The position numbers and the translations under genes were made by a program. This document shows, one piece after another, positions 51,790-64,000 of a stretch of DNA of 64,000 nt (position 1 is its first letter; each line of letters opens with the position of its first letter). The stretch comes from Psilocybe cubensis. Taxonomy: Eukaryota. Below the pieces are notes generated by a model. The model searched no databases. It was not told the origin of the DNA and was given only the letters and a program-made list of their open reading frames with translations. The DNA is taken from NCBI GenBank assembly GCA_017499595.2, contig CM039004.1:2914001-2978000 (forward strand). Reading direction: 5' to 3'.

Positions 51790-53180
51790 GTTTCAATTAT
51801 CTTCGTCTTCGTCTTCGTTTAATTGAAGCCGATCGAGGACGAGAATCAAACCCAAACCCACACCCAAAGCAAAACCAAAACCAAAATCCAGACCCAAAGT
51901 CAAATACAACCCCAACCTCAATTAAAACCGCACGAAGAGGGGCTGAATTAATAATAAGAATAAGAGTAAGCGAAAGAAACAGAAACGGAAACACGAACAC
52001 GAACGCGAACTTTAGTAAGAACGAAAACGAGAACAACTTGAAGGTCAAGGTCAAGCACAAGGTCAAGCACAAGAAACGAAATAAAGGTACGCCCGTTCCG
52101 ACATGTCACCATAAATTAAAAAGAAAAAAAAAAGAAGTCGAAGGCGGTGTTCCAAGTTCCCAAATTCCCAAGTTCCCAAGTTCTCAATTCCCAAGTGCTC
52201 AAGTTCCCAAGGTACTCCCTTCAAGTCTCATTTCCCAAGTACTTCCCAATTCCCAAGTTCTCAGTAAGTCGGTTCTCAGCGAGTCTGTTCTCAGTGGCGA
52301 GCAAGAGTGAGAAGAATTACCAATAAATGATAAATGATAAATGACTGAGAATTTCAGATCAAGGTCAAAGGTGTTCCGTTTTACCAGCACCAAGTCCAAC
52401 TTTCAAAGTCAAGTCCAAGTCCAAGTCCAAGTAAACACCCAACTCAACTCAAAGTCTCAATCCAAACTCAAACCCAAACTCAAACTCAACGGTTCAAAAG
52501 ACGCATTAAACTTCACATTCGATTGTAAAAAACAAATTATCACAAAAAATAGTAAATATACAAGAGTTAAAGATTCAAGAAAAGACGAAAGGACGAAAGT
52601 GGTCAAGTTAACCCATCATTAATTCATTCTTTAAGCTACGCACTAAATTCAAACACAAAACGATGAACGTAGGCAAGAGGCAAGACAAAAAACAAAACAA
52701 TCAATACGTATTTCTCGTATGGTATGGTATGGTATGGTAAGGGTAAGGTAAGGTAGAGTAAGATAGACGTGAATAGGAGTAAGAAAGATAGTAGATAGTA
52801 ATAGAGTAAGTAAGTAAACGGGGCCGAGGACTATGTACAGGATAAAGTAATTCGGTTGTTGCTTGTTGCTTGGTTGCTTGTTTGTTGTCAAAGAAGAGAG
52901 GTAAGAAAAAAGGTGTTGAAGCCATTTTCGTTCGTTGAGATGATAAAATAAAGAAGAACATGAACATGAACATGAACGTGATGATGATGATGATGATGAT
53001 GATAAATGAAAAAAGTGATGATGAATGATGATGAGACAATGAGATGAGAAGATGAGAGAGATGAGACAGAGAGAGAAAGAGATCATTAAGATAAATGCAG
53101 CGACGTGTTGAATATCGAATAAAAAAAAGAAGAAAAAATGTTCGTGTTCGTGAGAGAAAGGCAAAGGAATGCCCATCGCC
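51790..53180. repeat. Dense cluster of short microsatellites / low-complexity sequence
   Basis: (TGGTA)n, (GAT)n, (CATGAA)n, (CAAGTC)n, TTCCCAAG and AAACGA-like runs. Confidence 0.8.
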
Positions 53181-54142
53181 CATCGTTCCGTCGTTGAGAC
53201 GGAATAAGAAAAGACGTGAGACGAAGATTGGAATGAACAGCCGTTTTAGAACACGCCTAGGCTGGGTAAGTGGGGGGGCTGGGCAGCCCACCCACAGCCC
53301 AAAAGGCAAAAAAAGCCAAGTTCACCGAGCATGCTAGGTGACTCGAATGACAATGGCGGGCGTGGGGACCAATCCATGGACGCGATCCCAAGCCTTGAAG
53401 CGAAGCGAAGTGAAGCCCCTAGTCACAATTGAATGCCAAGCGCTGCGTGTGCTGCTGGATGAGATGATGATGAGAGCCATTACCCGAGCCTGTGGGCTGG
53501 GGCGGGAACCACACACACACACGCCCATCGCGAGAACAAAGGGGGTCAGGGAGGGAGGGCAGGCAGGACGTCCCGCTTACGTACGGATCCGGACACGGTG
53601 GCTTGGGCTTGGGGCAAGGGGCTGGCGGTGGCAGGGCAGAGCAGTCGGCGAGGGAGGAGAGGCTCAGAAAGGGAGAAGGGCACAGCACGGTAACTAACGA
53701 CAGCTCCGTACGTGGGGTTCGCGGATAATTTTGGTGACGGCGAGGGAAAAAAGATAGGCAGCAGACATTAGGACAGCGAAGGGGAAGAGGGTGGTGAGGC
53801 AAGGGAAGAAGCACCATGCCATGCCATGGCAAGGCGGAATGCACGGCAGGGTAAGGCAGGCAGGCGAGAGAGAGCGAGAAAAAAAAAGGGAAGGGAAACG
53901 GACAATTAGGTATGCCGTCACTTCACACACACACACACTCCTCCCGTCCCGTCCGAAATATCCATGATAGGCCGTCCCAAAAATGGGAGCGTTTATTTTT
54001 TTTTCTTCCTTGGGAAAAAAAAAAATCGACCGCGGGATGGAATGTAAGAGTTGGTAGTGGTTTTGACTGGTTTTGGTAGCCAAGTGGAAAAATGGAGAGG
54101 TGATGATGAAGATGATGCGCATCGGCGTCATCATGCGTGCGT

Positions 54143-54881
54143 TCATTGCTCAAAGGCGTACTCCACCGCGACGCAGCAGGCTTCGCTTGTGTGCGGGGCA
54201 TCGCGCTGGCCGTGCTGGCGCAGACTCTGGAGGGTGGGGAAGAAGGCGTCGCAGGCGGGACAGGGGTGCATGTTGAGCTCTGCAGAGCTGATGCTGTGTG
54301 AAGACGCAGAGGACCCGTGCGAGCGCGATCGTTTACTAGTGTGCGATTCCTGTTAATGAAAGAAAGAAAGAAAGAAAAGAATAATTAGATCTCGACTGCG
54401 GCTACGGCTAATATGGGTGTTTACGCACATTGTCGCTGTTGTCGACGAGCATCTCGTCGATCTCCTCGACCTTGCGCTTGAGAGACGAGGAGGATTCCGA
54501 GTCGGAGAACTGGCGCCAGAGGAGGATGCGTTTCATGCGCGAGTCTGTGCTGGGCAATGACGACAGAGCGGCGGAGCAGGAGGACTGCTCGAGTTCCTCT
54601 GGCGACAAGTCTGAGGAGCAGTACGAGGAGCAGATCTCCTCCTCGTCCTCGTCCTCGTCCATGTCCTCATCGTCAAAAGACGAAGACGAAGACGAGTATG
54701 AAGAAGAAGCGGCTGAGCTAGAGTTGATAACAGAAGATATTCTGCGTGGAGGCGGGGGCGCAACCTCGACGAGCTGGATGACAGTGTGTGGCTGGCATAG
54801 ATAGAGATTGCCAGACGAGATCTTGTTGTCGTCGTGGGGCTGGAAAAAGGCGGGGGCGGACTGTGGCAGAATGTCGAGCAT
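54143..54881 (-). CDS. Ser/Asp-rich hypothetical protein with a C-terminal C2H2-like zinc finger
   Basis: Predicted exons 54881-54429 and 54349-54143 join in frame; ends HPCPACDAFFPTLQSLRQH...EACCVAVEYAFEQ*. Confidence 0.65.
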
Positions 54882-55372
54882 AGTGGGCAGAGGGGCAGAT
54901 TGTCAGAGAGAGAGATGACTGGGAGATTGTATTTGTAGTACGGTGGCACGGTGAATTAGAATTTCTGGTTGGTGTGCAAGTCCCGTTAAAACGGAGTTGG
55001 ACCACGAAAGGACAGCACAAAGGGAAGATCGATCCACGCAGCGCCGATTGCCAGATCCACATCGGGCCTCCCACAGCGCTTCTTGCCCAATCCGGATTAG
55101 GCAGCCACGTGAATCTAGATCTGCTTATCTCAGCTCCCAGTCCCAGACTCCGTGCAGTCTGGAGTGAGCCTCGATGGGCTCACACAACTCTCTCAGCACG
55201 GGCCACATCTCCTTATGTCCCCTGCGCCAAGGCTCCGACCACTCATGTTCCTCAAAATCATATCATATCATCATACAGCCATCCACAGAATGAGAAAACA
55301 TAGCTACGAAAACACTCTCCTCCTACCGACGCAATACCTCCCCCAGTCCCATCGTATCCACCCACCCACATC

Positions 55373-58300
55373 TCACGGTCGCATCGGCGCAAGCCAAGCC
55401 TCCGCTGCCTCGAACTGTTCAATCAGCTCGCGCAGTACTGCGCCTTCCGAATGCAGTTGTCTCATCGCAGCAAGCGCCTAAAATGAAGAAATAAAAAAGA
55501 AAGAAAATCCAAAAAGGTAAAAATACAACAAAACACATCAGCACACGTCCATGTCCACGGGAAGTAAAGAAAAAAAGACAAGCTCAGAGAAAGCTCCGAT
55601 GAATGTCCAGACTTACCACGTCCCAAAACCTGAACCCGCGCTCGACCTCCGCTTTCGGGTTCTTCACTCCCGGGAACGTCTCCTCGCACAAATCGAGCGC
55701 CATCTCCTTGGCCAGCACCACTCCAGGCGCATTCGCATCACGCACCCGCGTTCCGTTGTTAATGTGCGTCAGCGCGTCCAAATACACCTTGGCGAGCACA
55801 CCAAAGCCCGTGTTCACCTCTGTTTGGAACGGGAGCGAGAGCGCAATGTCCAAGAGATCGTCGCGTGCCCGGCGCGCGTCGTTGCGCAGCAGCATGTTCA
55901 GCGATGTCACTTCAAGCAATGTGCGCAGCGCACGGGTGAGAGACCGCACAAACGAGTTAAACACGAGTAGTTCTCGGGAGAGCGGCGCCGACCATGGTTG
56001 CGGCTGAGAATTAGTTGGTTAGTAAAATAGAAGACAACGTTGTTCCAAGAAAAAAAAGAGAAAGGAAGTGCGAAGATGTGAGTGTTCATTAGGATTATCA
56101 GTCCCAAGCAAGGAATCAGACATCCCGCAACAACCGGCCAAGGACCAGCGAAGGTGAACGTATTGATAGATGAGACAAGATAAAAACGTGTGTGGGACGC
56201 GAGTAAAAAAAAACTGGGACGCACCTTGAAATTCAACGGCACGATGCTAAGCACCCGCATCACCAAGAGCATGCTTGACTTTTCTTCATCTAGTGTGGCG
56301 TAAAGGACACACACACACGACAAGACACAAAAGAGCCACAAATCGCAAACAAAAAAGGAGCGTCAGTGAAATTCGTTCAAACAGGACGAACAGAGCGGAA
56401 TAATTCCAAAAAGGGATAAAATGATCGTGGGAGAGGGACAAGAGAAAACATATCTGCCAGGTTTGATAATTCTGCCCCCACATTCCAAGGGGTTTAGTCC
56501 CCATCCCATCCCGCGTGATGTTACGCTAATCCATCAGTCACCCCAACCTCCGAATCCCAAGGGAAACGGGAACGACAAGGCCCAAAGTAACAAAGGACAA
56601 GGATAGAACATGTAGGACAGGACAAATCAACGTCCCACAAATCCGGAATCAAACCAAATGCAGCAGACCCCGAATACATGCCGCCCTCGCCGCCCACAAA
56701 AAAAGAAAAGAAAATCAAAAAGCAGGGAGAAAAGAGAGTTAGACACGCACCAACGCCGAAACTGGGGCCTCCACTGAAGGCTCGTCCAGACCACAGATGC
56801 CCGTGCATCACACCTGCCCTGACGAGTTCCAGGAACAGGTAGAGCGGGTCCTGGAACTTGTCGTTCACGCGTGCAAGCTTGATCGCATTGTACATCGCCC
56901 GCGCTAGAGGCGAGTGCGTGTGTGAGTTGAGCAGGAATCTGTGGCGCGCCGCAGAGCGCAACAATTGGAATAGATCAGCACGTGCATTCAAGAGTGAGCT
57001 TCGGTAAACATAACAACAAAAAGGAAAAAACAAATTCAAGAAACATAAAACCGAAATCAATGATAGACAGCCCAACGCAAAAAAAATATCCATCCATCCA
57101 TATCCAAAGGGAGACAGACGAAACACCACGTAGTTGGCTTAAAATTTGGCTTGGACAAAATAAGCATTTTTGCCAGGTAAGAGCCTCCGCCAACTGTGAC
57201 GCAGCAACATAATGAAGAATAAAGTGGGGGTGGATGATTATCAAAACCCAAAAATGAATAGGTTATGATGCCCAGATGACGAACAGCATGATGACCGGAT
57301 TCCACGTTAGGCGAACGGGGCTATTTTTTGCCTCTAAGTCGCGCGCGGAGCTCATACTGTCCGACCTCCGTCGCGGAGCGGAGTCCGGCATCCAGCCAAA
57401 CACGCAGGTGACACCGCGACCCGAACAACGAAAAAATCCACCAAGCCAAAAAAGAAGCAGAAATCCAATACGAAAATAAAAAATGATGAAAAGACCACTA
57501 AAGAAACGGACTTACCCTCGCAGTTCAAGGAAACGCCAAATCACGTTGGCCACCACTTCGTCCTTTTTCTCAAGCGGAGAGTTGGCGTTACTTTTGACTT
57601 TCGTGCGAGCTGCAAGACGTTCCGAAGCTGTCGCACCCAGACACAAGGCAAAGTCGATGGTCGAAGACTAGACCACATCGCAGGATAGACAACACCGGGT
57701 CATTCAGCAGACACCAAAAATACCAGAAATAAGAAAAAAAGAGTCCCAACGAGGAGATTTTTTCTCATCAGTACAGGCTACAACGGAACGGTGACAGGGA
57801 GAAGCGGATGCTTACATTTTGCCTTCTCAACTCTTCTTCGACAATGGAGTACATGACGTTCCAGCCGGTGACGCGCTCGGCTAACTGGGCCGTCTGCGGG
57901 GAGTTATGCAACACGGGTTTTTGGTTGGCGTGATTCGGCTGCTCGAACCAGAAGTATCCTTGCACTTTCTTGCTCGCCCAGAAGTTGTGCGCGACGCTGC
58001 TGATGAGAGCCAACGCGGTCGCCCGCGGCCCGGTCTGACCATCCGTGATAACTTCCTTCACGAAGCGTTTATATTCGGTCGTTTCTCCGTTGTCCAATGG
58101 CGGGTTCTCCACGATTTGTCCGCTCGTGAGCCAGACGAGAGCCTGTGGGCCCAGTAGGCCTCGGGACAGGTAATAATAAATTTCATCTGGTAGCCGGTTC
58201 GTAAATATTTCATGCAGATCCTGTGGGATGTCCGCGGCGGTGGGATGGTGGTTGTGATGGTTGGGCCCGTGTCCGGCAGGTGTCGTGATGGCTAGGGGCA

Positions 58301-59408
58301 GCGGCAAAACCGTCCCTTCGGATGAGAGAATGAGTGAGTATTTTATCATCGACCGTGTGCGTGCGTAGTGGTCAGAATACTGGATCGTCTTGACCACGGG
58401 ATGGTCGGAGAAAGCTGACACGGCTGCATGACCCGACTTGTAGTACTTGACCATGTCCACCGTTGCCTTTAATGCTTGTTCGTGCACGGTTGGAGGAAAC
58501 GCGGGCGAGTTGTCGAATCCGACCAGAATACCGATATCCAAAAATTGATCATCCGACACACCGAGCTCCTGTATAAAATTCCGTTTTGAAGTATATTGAA
58601 AAGTGGGGGTCGCAGAAGTCAAGTCGAGAGCTGTGATCAGCTTGTCGACACCCGGGTAGAGGAGGGTATCCGTTGGTCCGAATATAGCGTGGATGTACGC
58701 CTTGTGGTGACGCTGGAGGTATATCAACTGTCGCAGCAAACAACAGAAATATCAGTGTCTGTATGAATGCGACGCATACGGTCCAACAAAACGCGGCCGT
58801 GAGAAGAGCGACAAATGCGTACCTGTGCCCAAGCAACATATGGTGCAATGAGGAATTCCACATTCCTGTGTCTGAAAATACGAAGGACCATCCTCCAGAG
58901 ATCCCATTGGGCGAAGCTGCTTCGGCCCTCGAACAGCTTGGTTGCCGCTTCCTCCTGTCCCTGTTCATATTTTGCCCACGCGTCTCGTCGGTCCCTGCAT
59001 GCGTCGATGTGTTCATTGTGCTGGTTAGGCTTCCAGCGTTTGTTCGGAAGAAGTCCGGGGAATACAAAAACAGGCTTAATGCGTAGTTTTTCGAGAGCTC
59101 GAAGGTCAGATTCGATGCGTTGCGTGAGCGCTAATGGCAGACCCCCCGTCGCGGCCAACAAGGGTTCACGGGACGGCGGGTTGTCGGTCAACAACTGGAG
59201 GTAATAGGATGCATCTATGCCGAGACGCGAGTCGGATAATACAGAAAGCGGAAGAGTTTGGAGGTGTTTTCGTTCAAAAAGGTAGTCTGCAAAAAAACGC
59301 GACAACGCAGAGAAATGGCAATTTCGTCAGTATGACATGTCACACAGAAGAAGGCGCAGCAAGTTCAGCTGTGCTTGATTCCTCACTTTCAAGGTGTTTG
59401 ATAGGCAT
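55373..59408 (-). CDS. MKT1: Mkt1 post-transcriptional regulator (XPG/PIN-like fold)
   Basis: MPIKHLE start, LGIDASYYL, GGLP, IKPVFVFPGL, APYVAWAQL, DLHEIFTNRLPDEIYYYL, FNSFVR, RGFRFWD; multi-exon. Confidence 0.88.
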
Positions 59409-62400
59409 TTGGGAGTTTCTCGTGAGCGCTGGTGACGGTGAGCGCAAGCTGCTGGTAGTCGTTTCCAACAACGCCGGCGTGGACAGCCAGCGGTCCAATT
59501 CTTGATTACGTAATTAGAGGCGTAACCCGAAACCCTAAAGCTGTGCTCTCTACTGGCACTTGCATAAACCCTTCATCATGCTCATCGTCGTCGAGCACTT
59601 TCCTCTACCTGTCCATTGTAGCCAGTGCTATTTCACTATAGTCATATCTGATAGCTGATATTGTTGGTCCAAAACAGTCTGATTCACATGCTGCATGTTA
59701 CCCCAGATTCACTCTTTTGGGAAGGCTCCTCTGTTTTTTTCTCGAAACCGCGGGTGCTAATTGCACGCACGAGAAACTTCGACGGACGTTCGGTACGAAT
59801 AGCTCTCATCGATTATACCGCGTTGCAGACTCTGTTCTCTCGCTCAGTATGTTCTTGTGCTTTTATGGTTATGCTCGATCCACAGCGCACGCAGATAGGC
59901 CCGCGTACCCGTCCCAATCTTGGACAATCATCACGAGTGACTGCAATATACAGATTCGTGTACATCCGCGCACAGGTGTCTTCCAGTGCGGTACAAATCA
60001 AGCTCTCTATCGCCCTCAACGCGGCGTTTCAGCTCCTATCCAACACTTAACCAATTGTGACTCTTGCTTTTCCCACCTCTAGTCAAGGTCATAACTCCAA
60101 GGCGAGACACAAGTGGAAAACCCTATTGCACCGGAACTTCTTTTCCTTGGCCTAGGTGGTATTCAACTATCGGAAGTGTGCTCTCTATCACGATGGCATT
60201 CTTGTCGTCGAACTAATTTTGCAGTGTTTCTTCAATTCCTGTTGGACGCAGCCAAGTCTCGATATCCCATGCAGGCTTTATCATCTGACGACTGCGTGAT
60301 GATTCTAACACAATTATTGACCTCGATACCTTCTATGGCGCGGACTTTACATTGCTTCACACCCCGCGTTGGCCTTCTTCCTCTAATTAACCTTCCGGGA
60401 TCTCACAATTCTACATCCGTTCGGAGAAATACAGTTCTTTGACTGACGACATTTCACCGATCTTTCTCAAATGCCTCTCTGGTCTGACTATCGCTGGTAC
60501 GGGCCTCAGTTAGCCGTTGACCCGTTCCCCATAGCTGTCTACAATGTGGTTGGCTCATCTCTTTGTAAAGTTTTATCATTCTTCATCGACGTCCTAGGAC
60601 TTTGAAAAGCAGGTCTCTGATGTGATATGTTCAAAACAACACATTTATAGCAACAGACTATTCCGTACAAATGCAAGACTTCGTTTTCCAGATAACTGGT
60701 ACGTACATGCATTCTATGTCTATCACCGACAAATTTACCTTTATATGTCTTTCTTAATTCATAATTCCTATTATCGCGGGATGGCTAATATTTCCTCGTA
60801 CAAACCCGCTATTACGCAGACACTCCCGCGCCCCCTCATCATTACTCACGCTCTACAACTCAGGACGAACGCAGGGTCTTCTCACGTCAATCGCCGATTG
60901 GTCAGTATCTCTGCATTCTTGCACAGCATGAGCAGCGCGACAAAGGCTAGATTTAATCCTCTTCGATCGTGGGGAAAAAACAAGCCTAGCCTGAAGGGTT
61001 GCCTGCCGCGCTCCCTCCTCAACCGCTACATTTTGCCTTTCTTGGGCTGTTGTCACCGAATATCCAGCGAAATCGTGGCAAGAGGTCGCTGCCTGTCGCT
61101 GCGTCAACCAACATATCACATGCCCACTCGTTTTTTCCCAGCCTACAAGTGCCAACGAACAAGGTCATATCCTTGCTTAATCTTGATCCGAGGGACGTGT
61201 ATGTTTAGATCTAGCATATCTCTGCGAAGCTTCCACTTAGCCGACGTTGAGGTCAAGAAGCTGCACGAATGGTGAGGCGTCGAGACTCCAAGAGGACAAA
61301 AATCGTGGCTTGTGTTATCGATGGGCAGGTTGCGCCAAAACGCCCGAATGTAAACGCAACGTGCAGTGAGTGAGCTATTCTAAAAAAGAGGCAACGGCTG
61401 CCTACACGCCATACGCCATACATCCATTCGTATCAATTGCTGAATTGTTGACTGGAGAAGAACACTGTATAGAAAATTTAGGATTAAATGATCTTCAACG
61501 CAAGCATCAAAGCGCGCACTATATCACTGATCTATCTATGAATTAAAAATTCAAATTGATCAAGTCGATTGCGGCAAATGCACAACACATCCTGATTCCA
61601 CGCATTCCACGGTATCAAAGGGCCTTCCAGCACCCAAGCATCTCCAAGCGCTGCCTTCCGCTTGGTGCAGAGTATTCCACAGAAGCCTTGGCGTGTGCAA
61701 GTTCGCTTTGCTGGGGATTTGGAGTGCAAGACTCTGCATTTATTTCGGTTTTTACGCAAATTTACCAAGTTGCGGAGAACCATGGATTTGGCCCAGGTTA
61801 GAAAATACCCTCCACAGCGCCACCAAAACCTGGGCTTCGCGAACTGTGGATTTATTTATTTAAACTCTGGTCTTTCTACTTTCGGAAACTGCGTACTTCA
61901 AATTGTGTGAATTTGCAAGTGAAAATAGATACACATTTACGCAAGTATTCAGTTTGCTTCATTTCACTGGAGTACTAGCTCATACGATGTACTTGCATCT
62001 TAGTGCGTTCTTTCGGAGACATTGCACTCAGTCGGATGGATCAGAATCCAGATCGATGAACACATGTAAATCACGCGAGCAACTCAACCCGATGGATGGA
62101 AAAGGAACGTCGATTCTCCCGTCTCTCGCGAACTGAAGGGGATATCCGGCATTGCTAAGAAGACAGAATAAGTATGACATGAGAAAAATTCAGACATGCA
62201 CCTAAGGACAGTCAGTCATACTTTAAATCCACAAGAGCTGGTCTAGCACGGCCGGGCGCTCACCCATTTGGTCCAACCCTGAAAGGTCGGAAAGAGTATA
62301 TTATTTTCCGTTGAGTGAACTAAGTATGCAATGTATTAAATCATGTGTGGGGCTACAGTGTACACGGTAGCCTCATGGGCTCGAGTAACGGCCTCATCAA

Positions 62401-64000
62401 CTGAAAGGTGGAGTGTAGTTCAATGTGATAACGGTATATTCACAAGCTGACCGAACTCTAACTCGCTGCTGCAACCGGGTAATGGTGGATCACCCACATG
62501 AATAGCAGAAACTCACCAAACCGACCCTCATGTCACTACATGAGCCATGCTTATTGAGCAGAGTAAAAAATATCGTGATAGCGTAGAAACCAGGGCTCCA
62601 GCTGAACTGGCAAACAATTTTAACATCTCGGTGGCTCATCCCACGCCATTGCAAGCTTATGATTACCGTCCTAAGCGTTTGTATATCTCAATACACATTG
62701 CCTCACGGATCAGGCAAATGAGATGCAACAGCACCGGCCACGTTCCAAAAGCAGGATGATATCAGTCTGCACTGTGTTAGAAAATACCGCGCGATGGGCG
62801 GTGAGCCAAATGGACACAGGCAGCGATGGAATGCAAAGCGACATTGACAACTGCTCAGTATTATTAGATATCGATGGATACAGAGCCAGCGATATGTTCC
62901 AAAACGCATCTATACTTACCTACAGACTACACATTCGCGCGATGCGCGGTCGGAACTCACCCTGCAGATCATCATTCAGTAGCATTTGTGTGTTGGGACA
63001 CAGGTAAAATGAGGTTTGTGTCTTTGCATATGCTCACATCCGAGTGGACGAGAAGCTAAGGCAGTGCATGTGTATATGTACGTGAAGCTAGAATCAAGAG
63101 AGAATGTGGGCTGAGTAAACTTTGACCACAGTATGGATTTTGAATTGAAAGGGATCATACACTGGGGCCAGCGTGAACACTGGTCGATGACATATGACCT
63201 GACTTAATTCAGAAATTCTGCAGGGTTGTCGAAGGAAGGAAAAACATGGGGCTTTTGTATGATAAAATCACGTTATAAATTACTCATCTTGCCCTACAAC
63301 TTGAAGTTGAAGTCGATCGATGTATGGTATTAGGGCATTCAGTTATGTATCCATCATAAATTCCCCGGGTCATACAGGGGAAGTTATTCCAAAATTTGCT
63401 TTGAACAACAAATTGTGGAGTTCAATTTTTCAATTGCAGATGGTACCCACTCCCTACTGCCATTGAACGCAAATCAAAATGTTCAAGTTTATGCTTTTGG
63501 ATATTCAGAGGACTTTCTCACAGCCAAGCCAATTACAATACAAGCCTCCACAAGCAGACTTTTCAACACCTACAGGAGATTGTGTCTATCCACAGGCACC
63601 ACCTCCTGCGGACCACTGTTGGATCCGTGACGGGTGCCTAGGTTGCTGTCAGGTCTATTAACTTTGTTTACTGCAAGAAATATAGCACAGCCCGGGATTT
63701 AATAATCAACAAGGAAAGGGATGTGGGTCGCTTCCGGTGGCAAAGGTTATTTTTTCCAGGACTGTAACTTGGCAAAACGAACGTGAGACGGAATGCCGGA
63801 AGTATCAAGAGGAGATAAAAGCGTTCTTCCATGGACATTCCAGCCACCGATCGCAGTGGACTCGTCTGCCAAAAGTCACAACAAAGTCTGTTCCTAAGCC
63901 ATACTGAGGTCAATAGGATGTTCTAGGTAATTCAATATTAGACATATGCCAGATGTCGTGGAGGGAAGGGGGAAACCCCTGGTAGATGAGTTGATCGTGC

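Noticed and set aside
51797-53309. Hydrophobic ORFs in the microsatellite region
   Set aside because: Their composition follows directly from the simple repeats; no coding evidence.
59570-64000. Possible degenerate genes downstream of the MKT1 promoter
   Set aside because: Only short ORFs without recognisable motifs; cannot be supported.

Overview
Intron-rich fungal DNA, most consistent with an agaricomycete (mushroom-forming basidiomycete); the species cannot be fixed from sequence alone. The main structure is a nested mobile element. A Ty1/Copia LTR retrotransposon (9177-30582, minus strand, 393-bp LTRs, GACGC target-site duplication) has its RT region split by a complete 15.8-kb KDZ-superfamily DNA transposon (10362-26150, 318-bp TIRs, 7-bp TSD CAGTTGA). 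The KDZ element carries six predicted genes: a TET/JBP dioxygenase, an orphan, a CxC2-KDZ transposase, a homeodomain-like/HMG-like protein, a Zn2Cys6 coiled-coil protein and a 36-bp-repeat polyproline protein. One of its introns holds a perfect 41-bp hairpin. All three LTR/TIR mismatches I found are CpG transitions, as are probably two of three premature stops. Around it lie three paralogous single-pass membrane protein genes, a duplicated Ser-rich repeat gene, a 2-kb TIR element with a tRNA-like segment, and a MITE. Ordinary host genes include an aryl-alcohol dehydrogenase-like AKR, RSA4/NLE1, MKT1 and a small Zn-finger gene. 39-51 kb and 59.5-64 kb could not be annotated reliably. Exon boundaries are manual predictions.
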